Shown one piece after another: positions 49,407 to 59,290 of a DNA stretch of 64,000 nucleotides. The notes below the pieces were generated by a model. That model saw only the letters and a program-made list of their open reading frames with translations. It was not told where the DNA came from and did no database searches. The position numbers and the translations under genes are program-made. The stretch spans positions 3,200,001-3,264,000 of the forward strand of contig CAVTTN010000002.1 of NCBI GenBank assembly GCA_963737655.1, read 5' to 3'. Positions within the stretch are counted from its first letter, which is position 1, and each line of letters starts with the position of its first letter. This DNA is from an uncultured Planctomycetota bacterium (GTDB lineage Bacteria > Planctomycetota > Planctomycetia > Isosphaerales > Isosphaeraceae).

Positions 49407-50996
49407 TCAAACGTCCGACCCGCCCCCGCAGAAGGCGACGAGCCATTCATCGAGCCTGGGGTCGGCCTCGATGACCGGCCGGGCTCCGTATCGGACAGGT
49501 AGGGGTGCCTCGAACGCCTCGTGGAGGACTCGCCCGGTCATGGTCTCGGGGACGCGGACGCCCAGCATGGCCAGGGCCGTCGGCGCCACGTCCTGGAGGT
49601 CGGCCGAGAGCCCGGGTCCGGGCCGGATGTCGGGGGCGTCGATGGCCAGGATCCCGGCCTGGCGATGGGTGGCCGGGAGGCCCGGGTCGGGCCGCAAGAT
49701 CCGCGACGAGAACGGGCTCCACTTCGCCTGCGCCTGATACCCATCGGCCGACGGCGCCAGGACTTCCGGCAAGCCTTCCACGGCCGGGTCGAGGTCGTAG
49801 CGGTCGGCCGAGGAGAAGGCGTCGGCGAACAGGAGGTCGCCGGTTTCGGGGTCTCGGGCCTCCTTCAGGACCCCGATGACCTCGGCGGTCGCCCGATCGG
49901 CGGCCGGGGCGAACTCGGCGATGTCGGGCCGGAGGAAGACGCAGCCGCTGAGCTGGCCGAACGGGGCGAAGGCCACGGTCTTCCTCCAATCGCAGCCGAC
50001 CTGGCCATCCATCGACCGGGGGAGCCGTCGGCCGGAGCCGCCCGGCTCGTGGCGGGTCCTCCAGCGGCGGAGGCGGTCGCGGACCCGGCTAGCTCGATAG
50101 CGGAACCGCGTCCCGTAGGCGAGCCCCTTTTGCAGGCCCGCCCGACGAAGCAGGCCGTTGACGTTCACCAGCGATCGGCACGGGCCGAAGCCATGGTCCG
50201 AAACCGCGACGATCGCCGCATCGCGTTGCACGGCCAGCTCCATCAGCCGGCCGGCGGCCGAGTCCAGGGCCCGGAGGCAGCCCTCGACGGCCTCGTTCCA
50301 GCCCTTGCGGCGGATGCCCGTTTCGTCCACGTCGAGATAGGGCCAGAGCCGGTGCTGGAGGCCGTCGAGGTTGTGGAAGTGGACCATCATGGCCGACCAC
50401 TCGGGGCAGCGGCGATCGGCCCGTTCGGCCACCTCGGCCTGGGCGGCGAAGACCTCCCGGCAACGGGTGGAGACCGTCCGCAACTCGTCCAGGGAACGGG
50501 GTTTGCGCTTGCAGAGGATCTTGTGGGTGAAGTCCGGGACGAGGTCGCGGACCTCCCAGCCGAACTCGGGGCACTGCGCAAAGGCCCAGTCCTGGCCCGG
50601 CGCATCGGCCCCGGCGACGACCAGCCCCCGGACGTTGGGAGGCGGGTAGGTCATGGGCAGGTTCAGGCTCACGACCGACCGGCCGGAGGCCGAGAGCGCC
50701 TGCCAGATCGAGGGGACGCGGACCCTCCCGGCATGGTTCGGGCGGACGGTCCGGTCTCGGGAATCGACGTAATAAAATTCGTGGATTCCGTGGGCCGGCG
50801 GCTCGGTGCCGGTGGAGAACGAGGTCCAGGCGACGGGCGTGACCATCGGGACGCTGGACCGGAGGACGCCGTGGGCCGAGCGTCGCCAGAGGGCGGCGAG
50901 GTTCGGCATCAGGCCGCGATCGAACAGGGGGCCCAGGGCGGTCATCGTGCCGCCGTCGAGCCCGAGAAACAGCACGCGGGACGCGGGAGCCGGCAT
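49407..50996 (-). CDS. Alkaline phosphatase superfamily (nucleotide pyrophosphatase/phosphodiesterase-like) protein
   Basis: LGLDGG, TPVAWTSF.TG..P..HGI, DGLQH, VSDHGFG, DVAPT. Confidence 0.88.
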   Translation of the reverse strand: MPAPASRVLFLGLDGGTMTALGPLFDRGLMPNLAALWRRSAHGVLRSSVPMVTPVAWTSFSTGTEPPAHGIHEFYYVDSRDRTVRPNHAGRVRVPSIWQALSASGRSVVSLNLPMTYPPPNVRGLVVAGADAPGQDWAFAQCPEFGWEVRDLVPDFTHKILCKRKPRSLDELRTVSTRCREVFAAQAEVAERADRRCPEWSAMMVHFHNLDGLQHRLWPYLDVDETGIRRKGWNEAVEGCLRALDSAAGRLMELAVQRDAAIVAVSDHGFGPCRSLVNVNGLLRRAGLQKGLAYGTRFRYRASRVRDRLRRWRTRHEPGGSGRRLPRSMDGQVGCDWRKTVAFAPFGQLSGCVFLRPDIAEFAPAADRATAEVIGVLKEARDPETGDLLFADAFSSADRYDLDPAVEGLPEVLAPSADGYQAQAKWSPFSSRILRPDPGLPATHRQAGILAIDAPDIRPGPGLSADLQDVAPTALAMLGVRVPETMTGRVLHEAFEAPLPVRYGARPVIEADPRLDEWLVAFCGGGSDV

Positions 50997-51238
50997 GAGA
51001 GGGACGCCTCGGTCTCGTCACGTGCCCGAGGGGGTCCCACCGCCCACCATCCGTGGCGGAACGGCCCGGCGGGCCCTCCGGCCCCAGGGCCGGGATGCCA
51101 ACCGGACGGATGCCCTCCTGAGCTCGGGCCGGGCGAACCGTAACCCCACGCCAGGATTCGGTCAAGGCCGATCGGGTCGTCCTTCGCCCGTCGTTTGCTC
51201 TCCGGGGGTTCCCTCGGACCCGGCTTCCCTCGGGCCAG

Positions 51239-51383
51239 CTCTGCTGTGTCGAAAACCCTTGAGAATGAAGAAAACGAGTAGGTCCGACTTCAGTCGGGCC
51301 TACGAGACAAGACCTTTTTGTCGGCCCGACTGAAGTCGCACCTACTCGATTCCTCTCCATCAACGGGTCTTTTGCAGAGCAGG
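51239..51383. mobile_element. Second, degenerate copy of the family C element (opposite orientation)
   Basis: Units at 51278-51303 and 51320-51345; flanks (tctgctgt..aaaccc.ttgagaatga) align to the reverse complement of the 36.3-kb copy. Confidence 0.78.
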
Positions 51384-51571
51384 CCAACTCCCTCTCGACA
51401 ATCGGACGGCGATCCTCTCGAAGCGCCTCCGCGGGCGGACAACGAACAAGTCACTCCTCGAAACGAGTGGAGTCCGGGTCCGATTGTGCCGATGGTAACG
51501 ATCATGACATGCCTTCGTCGGCCGTGGCTTGACCGGCCGGAGAGCGGCCTGGATCCAATGTCCCTGGGGGA

Positions 51572-52303
51572 ATGAGGCCCATGCGACTCTCGACTCGACG
51601 CCTCTCCCGGGCGGTGATCCTGCCCCTGATCGTCGCGTCCCTGGCGGGGTGCTCGGGCATGGCGGCGAGGAAGGCCAAGAAGCTGCCCCAGCCCGGGGTC
51701 GTCGACCTCAGCCAGCCCCGAGAGCTCCAGATGGTCTCCATGCCGTCCTATGTGGTGGAGCCGCCCGACGAGCTGGAAGTCTCGATCCGTCCCACGGCCC
51801 TGGAGTTCTCCACCACGACCCTGATCGTCCGCCAGGACGGGGTGATCGACCTGGGCTTCCTCGGCGATGTTTACGTGGCGGGCCTCACGTTGGAAGAGGT
51901 CGAGCGGAAGATCGCCGAGCACGTCGCGCCTCTGGCGGCCGAGAAACGCCTCCACGACCCGATCCGCGTGTCGGTCCGACTGATCAACGGCAACCAGAGC
52001 AAGCAATATTATGTGCTCGGCACCGTGACCCAGCAGGGCCGGTTTCCCTTGACGGGCAGCGAGACGGTCCTCGATGGCATCCTCCAGGCGGGCCTGCGGT
52101 CCAATAGCCTTCCCGAGAAGGCCTACCTCGTTCGGCCTCGGCCGGGAGGCTGCGGGCCCGATCAGATCCTGCGGATCGATTGGTGCGGGATCCGAGATCG
52201 GGGCGACACCACGACCAACTATCAGATCTTCCCGGGCGACCGGATCATCGTCCCCGGAGGCAAGCCTCCGGGCCTGCTGAGCACCCTGTTCGGCGGCGGT
52301 TGA
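51572..52303 (+). CDS. Polysaccharide export (Wza/Poly_export + SLBB) lipoprotein
   Basis: Lipobox LAGC, YVVEPPDEL, VRQDGVIDLG, GRFPLTGSETVLD, NYQIFPGDRI. Confidence 0.88.
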   Translation: MRPMRLSTRRLSRAVILPLIVASLAGCSGMAARKAKKLPQPGVVDLSQPRELQMVSMPSYVVEPPDELEVSIRPTALEFSTTTLIVRQDGVIDLGFLGDVYVAGLTLEEVERKIAEHVAPLAAEKRLHDPIRVSVRLINGNQSKQYYVLGTVTQQGRFPLTGSETVLDGILQAGLRSNSLPEKAYLVRPRPGGCGPDQILRIDWCGIRDRGDTTTNYQIFPGDRIIVPGGKPPGLLSTLFGGG

Positions 52304-52426
52304 GGCCGGGGAGCGGAGCCGCCAATTTCCGCCTGGTGGGTTGGGAGCCTCCCGCGATCGAGCCGATCCGGGTAGGATGGTCCGGGTCGTCCGCGGTCTG
52401 CCCGGTCCGTCCAGGAACTTCTGTCC

Positions 52427-53449
52427 ATGCGTGCGGGATTGGTCGGTTTTTCGGGAGGGGGCAAGAGCACCCTGTTCCAGCTTCTCACCGGGGCGACGCC
52501 CGACCCGGGCAAGGTCCATTCCGGGCAGGTGGGCATCGCCACCCTGGCCGACCCCCGCCTGGAGTTCCTCTCCGGCCTCCACAAGCCGAAGAAGATCACG
52601 CCGGCCACCGTCGAGATCCTCGACACCCCGGGCCTGATGCCCGGGAGTCATGGCGATAATCCCCAACGACTTGCGCTGATCCGCGAGGGAGACGCCCTGA
52701 TCATCGTCCTCTCGGGGTTCTCCGGGGGCGACCCGGCGGCCGACCTCTCGGCGTTCCGCGAGGAGTTGCTGTTCGCCGACCTGGGCGTCGTGACCAACCG
52801 GGTCGAGCGGCTCGAAGCCAGCGTGAAGAAGCCCCGGCCCGACCGCGACGCCCAGATGAAAGAGCTGGACGTGGTCAAGAGGGTCCGCGACGCCCTCGAA
52901 TCCGGCCAGCCGATCGCCGGCCTCGACCTGACCGACGAGGAGAAGAAGCCGATGCGCTCCTTCGGCCTCCTCACGGACAAGCCGCAGGTCGTGATTTTGA
53001 ACATCGCCCAGGGCGAGCCCATCCCGGACGCCCTGAAGGCCCTCTCGCCCGACGCCCTGGCCATCGACGCCAAGCTGGAGCTGGAGCTCTCGCAGCTCGA
53101 CGCCGAGGAACGCCGCGGGTTCATGGAAGAGATGGGCATCGCCGACCTCGGCAGGGACCGGATCATCCGCGAGGCGTACAACGCCGTGGGGATCATCACG
53201 TTCTTCACGGCCGGAGAGCCGGAGGTCCGGGGCTGGAACGTCGAGAAGGGCGGGACGGCCGTCGATGCCGCCGGCAAGATCCACACCGACCTGGCCCGGG
53301 GCTTCATCCGCGCCGAGGTCACCGCCTTCGACGACCTCAAAGCCGCCGGCACCGTCAAGGAAGCCAAGGCCCGGAACCTGCAACGGCTCGAAGGCAAGGA
53401 CTACGTCGTCAAGGACGGCGACGTCATGTTCTTCCGCAGCAGCGTGTAA
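52427..53449 (+). CDS. YchF/Obg-family ATPase-like protein with TGS (DUF933) domain
   Basis: GFSGGGKST, DTPG, FFTAGEPEVRGW, AAGKIHTDLARGFIRAE, EGKDYVVKDGD. Confidence 0.9.
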   Translation: MRAGLVGFSGGGKSTLFQLLTGATPDPGKVHSGQVGIATLADPRLEFLSGLHKPKKITPATVEILDTPGLMPGSHGDNPQRLALIREGDALIIVLSGFSGGDPAADLSAFREELLFADLGVVTNRVERLEASVKKPRPDRDAQMKELDVVKRVRDALESGQPIAGLDLTDEEKKPMRSFGLLTDKPQVVILNIAQGEPIPDALKALSPDALAIDAKLELELSQLDAEERRGFMEEMGIADLGRDRIIREAYNAVGIITFFTAGEPEVRGWNVEKGGTAVDAAGKIHTDLARGFIRAEVTAFDDLKAAGTVKEAKARNLQRLEGKDYVVKDGDVMFFRSSV

Positions 53450-53599
53450 GCGACCCGGGGTACATCCGTCACGAGCCCGACATTCGGACGATTCGCTACA
53501 ACCGTTAAAGTCCCTCGCAAGCCTCGTCGATCAACCTAGAGACGAGGAGGGTTTCCGTCGGAAGACCGACGCCTCCGCGGCTCGAAGAGGAGCGAGGGC

Positions 53600-55207
53600 T
53601 TGACCGGTCCATCCGCCATCTACCGGGGCTGCCTCCCGAGCGCCCGTCGGCCTCGACCGGAGATCCGGGCGTGGTGGTCGGCTCTCGGCATGCTCCTCGT
53701 GGTCTCGGGCTGTGCTTCCTCCGGTCGCAAGCCGGTGGACGACACGTCCCCCCTGTCAACGCCCCCGCCGATCATCGGCCGGAACGAGCCGGGCCGCCCG
53801 GACGTCGATCCGGCCGTCTCGACGGCCTCGGCGACGGCCCCGGCCCCGGCCCCGGTCGCCGCCGAGCCGAAGGACGCCCCCGACTCGGCCCCGGCCGCTT
53901 CGGAAGGCGTCAGGGCCGATCCGGTGGACCCCCCGGCGACCTGGGATCCGAAAATCGAGCCGGCAGGCTGCCCAACCTGCGGGGGCCGGGCCGGGATTTC
54001 CGCCAATCCGGCGCCAAATCCCTCGTGCACCACCTGCGGGGGCACCGGATGCTCCCCGGGCAGCGCCGCCTGCTACCCGTTCCCGGCCACGACCCACCTG
54101 GGCCGGTTCGTCGGCGGCCTGTACGAATGCCTCTGCTGCCCCGATCCATGCTATCAACCAAGCTGGGTGCCCGAATCCAACGCGTCGTTCTTCCTCGACT
54201 ACGCCCGTCCCCGGACCATCACCCGGTTCCGCGTCGACGAGGCGCTCGATATGAACTTTCCCGACCGCAACGAGTTCTTCTGGGCCCGGGACGACGGCAA
54301 GGGCAAGGGGCCGAGCCTGCCGAAGTCCATGAGCTCCTCCAGTTCGTCCTCCAACTCCACAACCAAGGCTGCCAAGACGACCTCGACGGCCCAGACTGCC
54401 ACGGCCGTCTCGCCTCTGGGCCGTCCCCCGGGGGTATCGGGTTCGGCGGCCGGCCGGGCGGCGGGCAACCCGGCGGGCCGACCGCCGAACCTGGTCGTCA
54501 CGACCACGCCCGCCCCCCACGCGACCCATACGGCGGTCCATCATACCCTGAAGGGCCAGCCGGGCCTCACGAGTTATCAGCAATTGTACTTTTATCAGGA
54601 AGCTGCCGCCGGTAACGGATCCTTCTTCGTGGAAATGCCGTATCGCTCGGTCGACCCGGACATCGGCCCGAGGAAGTCGGGATTCGGCGACGTGAACCTC
54701 GGCACCAAGGCCCTCCTGTTCGATTGCGAGCTGCTCCAGATCGCCTTCCAGTTCCGCACCTACTTGCCTTCGGGCCAATCGGTGAAGGGTCTGGGGACGG
54801 GACATACCACGCTGGAGCCGGGCCTCCTCGCGTCGCTCCGCCTCGGGCCGACGACCTCTCTCCAGGGGCAGATCGCCGAATGGATCCCGATCGCCGGCGA
54901 CCCGAATTACTCGGGGGCCCTGCTCCGCTACGGTCTGAGCCTGAACCAGGTGCTCTATCGATTCACGCCGAACTCCCCGTTGATCGGCACCCTGGAATAT
55001 CAGGGGATCTCGTTCCAGGACGGGCTCTACACCGATCCCCTGCTCGGCGCGACGAAGTCCAGCGGGTCGAGCTACGCCTCGCTCGGCCCCGGCCTCCGGG
55101 CCGTGGTCTGCGACAAGGTGGACTTCGGGCTCGGCACCAACTTCACGTTGACCGATCATAACTTCTTCCATCAGCTCTATCGATTCGAAGTGCGATTCCT
55201 CTATTGA
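53600..55207 (+). CDS. Probable lipid-anchored outer-membrane beta-barrel protein with Cys-rich N-region (start uncertain)
   Basis: LLVVSGC lipobox-like, CxxC clusters, SGFGDVNLGTK, GLGTGH, C-terminal FEVRFLY. Confidence 0.7.
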   Translation: MTGPSAIYRGCLPSARRPRPEIRAWWSALGMLLVVSGCASSGRKPVDDTSPLSTPPPIIGRNEPGRPDVDPAVSTASATAPAPAPVAAEPKDAPDSAPAASEGVRADPVDPPATWDPKIEPAGCPTCGGRAGISANPAPNPSCTTCGGTGCSPGSAACYPFPATTHLGRFVGGLYECLCCPDPCYQPSWVPESNASFFLDYARPRTITRFRVDEALDMNFPDRNEFFWARDDGKGKGPSLPKSMSSSSSSSNSTTKAAKTTSTAQTATAVSPLGRPPGVSGSAAGRAAGNPAGRPPNLVVTTTPAPHATHTAVHHTLKGQPGLTSYQQLYFYQEAAAGNGSFFVEMPYRSVDPDIGPRKSGFGDVNLGTKALLFDCELLQIAFQFRTYLPSGQSVKGLGTGHTTLEPGLLASLRLGPTTSLQGQIAEWIPIAGDPNYSGALLRYGLSLNQVLYRFTPNSPLIGTLEYQGISFQDGLYTDPLLGATKSSGSSYASLGPGLRAVVCDKVDFGLGTNFTLTDHNFFHQLYRFEVRFLY

Positions 55208-55211
55208 AATT

Positions 55212-55240
55212 GAGGGGAGTCGGGCCCCTCGACTCCCCTC
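55212..55240 (+). terminator. Hairpin immediately after the beta-barrel gene
   Basis: 11-bp stem gaggggagtcg/cgactcccctc. Confidence 0.5.
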
Positions 55241-55295
55241 GCGGGCCGTCGTATGATCCGATCCGGGCTCGTCACCCCGAGCCGGGAGGATCATC

Positions 55296-56207
55296 ATGCC
55301 CCGAGTGACCCGTCGCGCGTTCCTGGGAGGGGCCGCGAGCCTCGCCCTGGCCGGCCCCCCGTCCCTGGCCCGGGCCATCGACCCCATCGGGCGGACCCGC
55401 CCGTCTCACCTGAAGCTCAGCCTGGCGGCCTACTCGTTCCGCCAGGAGCTGGACTTCAAGGCGAAGAAGATGGACATGTTCGACTTCATCGACCTCGCCG
55501 CCGACCTCGGCCTCGACGGCGTGGAGCCGACGTCGTACTGGTTCCCGCCGGATTCCGGCTCGGACTATTTCCACCGCCTCCGCCAGCACGCGTTCCGGCT
55601 CGGCCTGGACATCTCGGGCACGGCGATCCGCAACGATTTCTGCCTGCCCGAAGGCCCGAAGCGAGACGAGGACCTCGCCGCCGTCCGGGGCTGGATCGAC
55701 CGCGCCGCCGAGCTTTCCGCGCCGGTGATCCGCGTCTTCGGGGGGACCGCGCCGAAGGGGGAGGACGAGGCGAAGGTGATCGAGCGGGTGATCGCCGGGA
55801 TCGAGAGCGTCCTGCCCCACGCGGCCGATCGGGGCGTGGCCTTGGCGATCGAGAATCACGGAGGGATCACCAATCGGCCCGAGCAGTTGCTCAAGATCGT
55901 CCGGGGCGTGAAGGCGCCTCGTGGCTGCTTCGGGGTGAACCTCGACACGGGGAACTTCCACGGCCCCGACGTCTATGCGGACCTCGCCGAGCTGGCCCCA
56001 TACGCCCTGAACGTCCAGGTCAAGACCGAGATTTCCCCACAGGGCCAGAAGAAGGAAGACGCCGACCTGTCCCGGGTCGTCGGCATCTTGCGAGAGGCCA
56101 AATACTCCGGCTACGTGGTCCTCGAATACGAGGCCGCCGAGGAGGCCCGGACGGCGGTGCCTCGCCACATCAAGACGTTGCGGGAGATCCTCAAGGCGGG
56201 AGCCTGA
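55296..56207 (+). CDS. Tat-exported sugar phosphate isomerase/epimerase (xylose isomerase-like TIM barrel)
   Basis: TRRAFL, LAAYSFR, IENHGG, NLDTGNF, VVLEYE. Confidence 0.88.
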   Translation: MPRVTRRAFLGGAASLALAGPPSLARAIDPIGRTRPSHLKLSLAAYSFRQELDFKAKKMDMFDFIDLAADLGLDGVEPTSYWFPPDSGSDYFHRLRQHAFRLGLDISGTAIRNDFCLPEGPKRDEDLAAVRGWIDRAAELSAPVIRVFGGTAPKGEDEAKVIERVIAGIESVLPHAADRGVALAIENHGGITNRPEQLLKIVRGVKAPRGCFGVNLDTGNFHGPDVYADLAELAPYALNVQVKTEISPQGQKKEDADLSRVVGILREAKYSGYVVLEYEAAEEARTAVPRHIKTLREILKAGA

Positions 56208-56274
56208 ATGGTGTCCCTGGCGTTCCTGAGTTCGGGCTAGCGGGATTGTGGGCGGGCTTTGCCCGCCGCGGGTT

Positions 56275-56296
56275 GGTGCATTTCATGCACCCTACA
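56275..56296 (-). repeat. REP family A unit
   Basis: ggtgcatttcatgcaccctaca between convergent genes. Confidence 0.85.
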
Positions 56297-56324
56297 TGAA
56301 GGCTCATCCCCTCACCATGCGCCT

Positions 56325-59096
56325 TCACTTGTAGGGTTCCGCGAATCGGCGGATTTCGCTTGCGGAGGCCCTGGCGACCTCGGTCCCGGCGGCCTTCTCG
56401 GCGGCCTCGGCGGATTTGGCGGCCTCGGCGGCCCGGCCGGCGTCGCTTTCGAGGACGGCCAGTCCGTAGTGGGCTTCGAACAGGGCGGGCTCCGCGGCGA
56501 TCGCCGATCGGTAGAGCCTCCTCGCGGTCGGGAAATCCCCTTCGACGAGGTAGGTGACCGCGACCCTCGCGTCGCGGACCGCCGGCCGGGGCGGGTTCGC
56601 GGCCTCTTGCCAGGCTTTTCTCGCCAGGTCGGGACGGCCGAGGTGCAGGCGGAGCGTGGCGAGGCGGTCGGAGACTTCCCACGGCCGGGATTCGGGCCGC
56701 CGATAGGCGTCTTCCAGGACGTCGGCGGCCGACGCGGCCCGGCCGAGCTCCAGGTAGCGATTCACGAGCCGATCGAGCTCGCCCAGGTTGTTCCAGGACC
56801 GCGAGACCGGCTCGGCGAGGACGGCCCGGGTCCTGGCCAGCTCGGGCTTGAGGCTCTCCAGGACTCGTTCTTGCATCGGGCTCATGGGTCCGTCGATCAG
56901 GATTTCGGCCCACGGCCCGGCGGCTTCGTACATCAGCCGATCGTGGGCGTACACGCCGAACAGCGAGGTGGCGGTCAGCAGGTCGTTCGGGTCGCGAAGC
57001 GCGGCCTGTTCCAGGGCGTAGGTCGCCCGGACGGCCGAGAGGTCGAAGATCGGGTCGAACGGCATGCGGAACCGGGGGATCGGCTCGATGGTGGAGCCCA
57101 CCTCGCGAAGCAGTTGGATCTGGCCCAGGAGCCTCCACGGCTCGGCCGGGGAGCCGTCCAGCTCCAGGGCCCGGCGCGCGTGACCGAGGCCCAGGGCGAT
57201 CATCGCCGACGCAAGATCTCGCCTCTTGTTCAGCCCGATCAGCCCTCCGGCGTGATTCTTGAGGCTCTTGGCCGACGCCACGAGCCCGGCGAACCCCGAG
57301 GGCTCGAACCTCGGCTCCCGGCCGAAATGACGGGCGGCGAAGTCCACCGGCTTGAGCCCGGGATTGACCCCCGAATGCAGGTGGACCGAGGCGATCGGGT
57401 CGTACCAGACGCACCTCCAGGACGGGTCGCCCAGGACGGCCGCGCCGGTCGATCCCATCCGGGGCTGGACGTGGTCGATCAGGAGGCCGGGCGTCGTCGG
57501 GTCGCCCATCGCCTCGATCTGCTCGCTCCACCCCGGCCGGTCGCCGTTGATCGCCTTGCCGAGGTCCGCGTCCCGGCCGTAGACCTCGGGCCCCATCACT
57601 TCGAGGCGAGCATCCGCGAAGACTTTTTGATTCGGGGAATTGTAATATTCGAACAGGCCGGCATGGCCATCGTGGAACACGAACCAGCGGCGGGGCATCC
57701 CCTCGGACCCCGCGAACCTGGCGGCGGCGTGGGGAAACCACAGGGGCCGCTCGCCCCATCCGACGGTCCGGCCCTCTTTGGCCCAGGCGTAGAACCGGCC
57801 CGAGCCGACGATCGCGATCGCCGCGACCAGGACGGCGAACGCGGCGGCCCGGGGCGGCCACGGGCGCACCGCCTTGCCTCGCTCGGACCGCCATCGGGCC
57901 ACGGCGCCGGCCCATTCGCCGATGTTCCAGGCCGTGACCGTCCCCACCACGGCCGCGAACTGGTGGCTGTTGCGGGTCGCCTTCCAGCTCAGCAGGCTGA
58001 ACAGGACGAACAGGAGGAGCCGGAACACCCCCTGCGACCACTCCGAGGCGGGGGGCGGGGCGTCCGCCTTGTTCTTCTTCTTCTTGCGGGCCTTCTTCGG
58101 CGTCCCGGTCGGCTCGGGCTCGGGAGGCGCCGACCTCCTCTTGGCGGCCTTCCAGAACACCGGCAGGAGGAAGCTCAGCCCGCCGAGGAACAGGGTGGTG
58201 AAATGGAGCTGCAGAGGCAGGTTGGCCAGGCCCGCCTTGGCGATGAAGTCATCCAGGGGTTGAAGTTCCTGGATGTCCTTGAACACCGGGTTGTTCATCG
58301 TCCCGAAGAGTTCGAGCGGATAGAGGGCGCCGAAAATCCCGTAGGGGTTGAGCAGGCAGGCCACGCCGGTCGCGACCGAGCCGGCGAGGACCATCCGCCA
58401 CCACGGCCGCCTCTCGGGCGAGAACGCCCCGGGCGCCGCCGCCGCGTCGATCAGGGCGAGCGTCAACAGGATCGGCCCGAAGACGAACAGCCCCTGAGTG
58501 TTCACCCAGAACAGCTCCAGGACCGGCAGCAGCCAGATGAGCTTCGGCGACCGGCCGATCCGGAACAGGACCGCGAGGAAGCCGGCGAGATAGAGCAACG
58601 TGAGCGTCTCGGGCCTCACGTACATCCGCCCGCTGAGCACCAGCAACGCGGGGAGCCACGCCAGGATCATCATCGAGACCGGCCAAGCTCGCCGCCGGGC
58701 GGTGATCAGGAGGCCCACGGCCAGGGTCGTCACCACGCACTTGGCCACGTTCGTGGCATCGACCCCGCCGATCGAGTGGAGCGCGCTCAACGACACCTGG
58801 AATCCCCAGTGAAGGTCGATCCAGGGATGATCGGCCGCGCCGAAGGTGTACCAGTCGCGATGGGGCAGGCGCCCGGTCTGGCGGATCAGGTCGCCGGTGC
58901 GGAGGTGCCACCAGAAATCGGTGTCGTTGAGCGGGAAGACGCCGAGCAAGAACGTGAGGCCGAGGAAGAGCGCGACGAGGAAGACGTCCACCATCCGACC
59001 CGATCGCGAGTCGGCCGAGACCTCGGCGCGAGCGGCCTGTTTCGGGGTCGGAGAGGCCGCGACGGGGGCCGGCGACGAGGCGGATCGACGGGGCAT
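56325..59096 (-). CDS. Polytopic membrane protein (GT-C-like) with C-terminal TPRs
   Basis: DTDFWWHLRTG, RPE, WVNTQG, LLNPYG, DARLEV; TPR-like Ala-rich tail. Confidence 0.75.
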   Translation of the reverse strand: MPRRSASSPAPVAASPTPKQAARAEVSADSRSGRMVDVFLVALFLGLTFLLGVFPLNDTDFWWHLRTGDLIRQTGRLPHRDWYTFGAADHPWIDLHWGFQVSLSALHSIGGVDATNVAKCVVTTLAVGLLITARRRAWPVSMMILAWLPALLVLSGRMYVRPETLTLLYLAGFLAVLFRIGRSPKLIWLLPVLELFWVNTQGLFVFGPILLTLALIDAAAAPGAFSPERRPWWRMVLAGSVATGVACLLNPYGIFGALYPLELFGTMNNPVFKDIQELQPLDDFIAKAGLANLPLQLHFTTLFLGGLSFLLPVFWKAAKRRSAPPEPEPTGTPKKARKKKKNKADAPPPASEWSQGVFRLLLFVLFSLLSWKATRNSHQFAAVVGTVTAWNIGEWAGAVARWRSERGKAVRPWPPRAAAFAVLVAAIAIVGSGRFYAWAKEGRTVGWGERPLWFPHAAARFAGSEGMPRRWFVFHDGHAGLFEYYNSPNQKVFADARLEVMGPEVYGRDADLGKAINGDRPGWSEQIEAMGDPTTPGLLIDHVQPRMGSTGAAVLGDPSWRCVWYDPIASVHLHSGVNPGLKPVDFAARHFGREPRFEPSGFAGLVASAKSLKNHAGGLIGLNKRRDLASAMIALGLGHARRALELDGSPAEPWRLLGQIQLLREVGSTIEPIPRFRMPFDPIFDLSAVRATYALEQAALRDPNDLLTATSLFGVYAHDRLMYEAAGPWAEILIDGPMSPMQERVLESLKPELARTRAVLAEPVSRSWNNLGELDRLVNRYLELGRAASAADVLEDAYRRPESRPWEVSDRLATLRLHLGRPDLARKAWQEAANPPRPAVRDARVAVTYLVEGDFPTARRLYRSAIAAEPALFEAHYGLAVLESDAGRAAEAAKSAEAAEKAAGTEVARASASEIRRFAEPYK

Positions 59097-59290
59097 CAAC
59101 TCGATTCCAGGGCGTTTCCGGGGCGGGACGGCGTTCGTCCTGAGTCTAACCGCCGTTCCGGAGCGCGGTCGAGGGGGAGATCGGGCCGAAACGGCGCCGA
59201 CGATTGTTTCGGCACGGCCGGGGTGATAGGCTCGGGCCCGCCCCGAGGGTCTCTCGGGGCCTCGATCGGTCCTCCCGGGAGTTTCCCACG

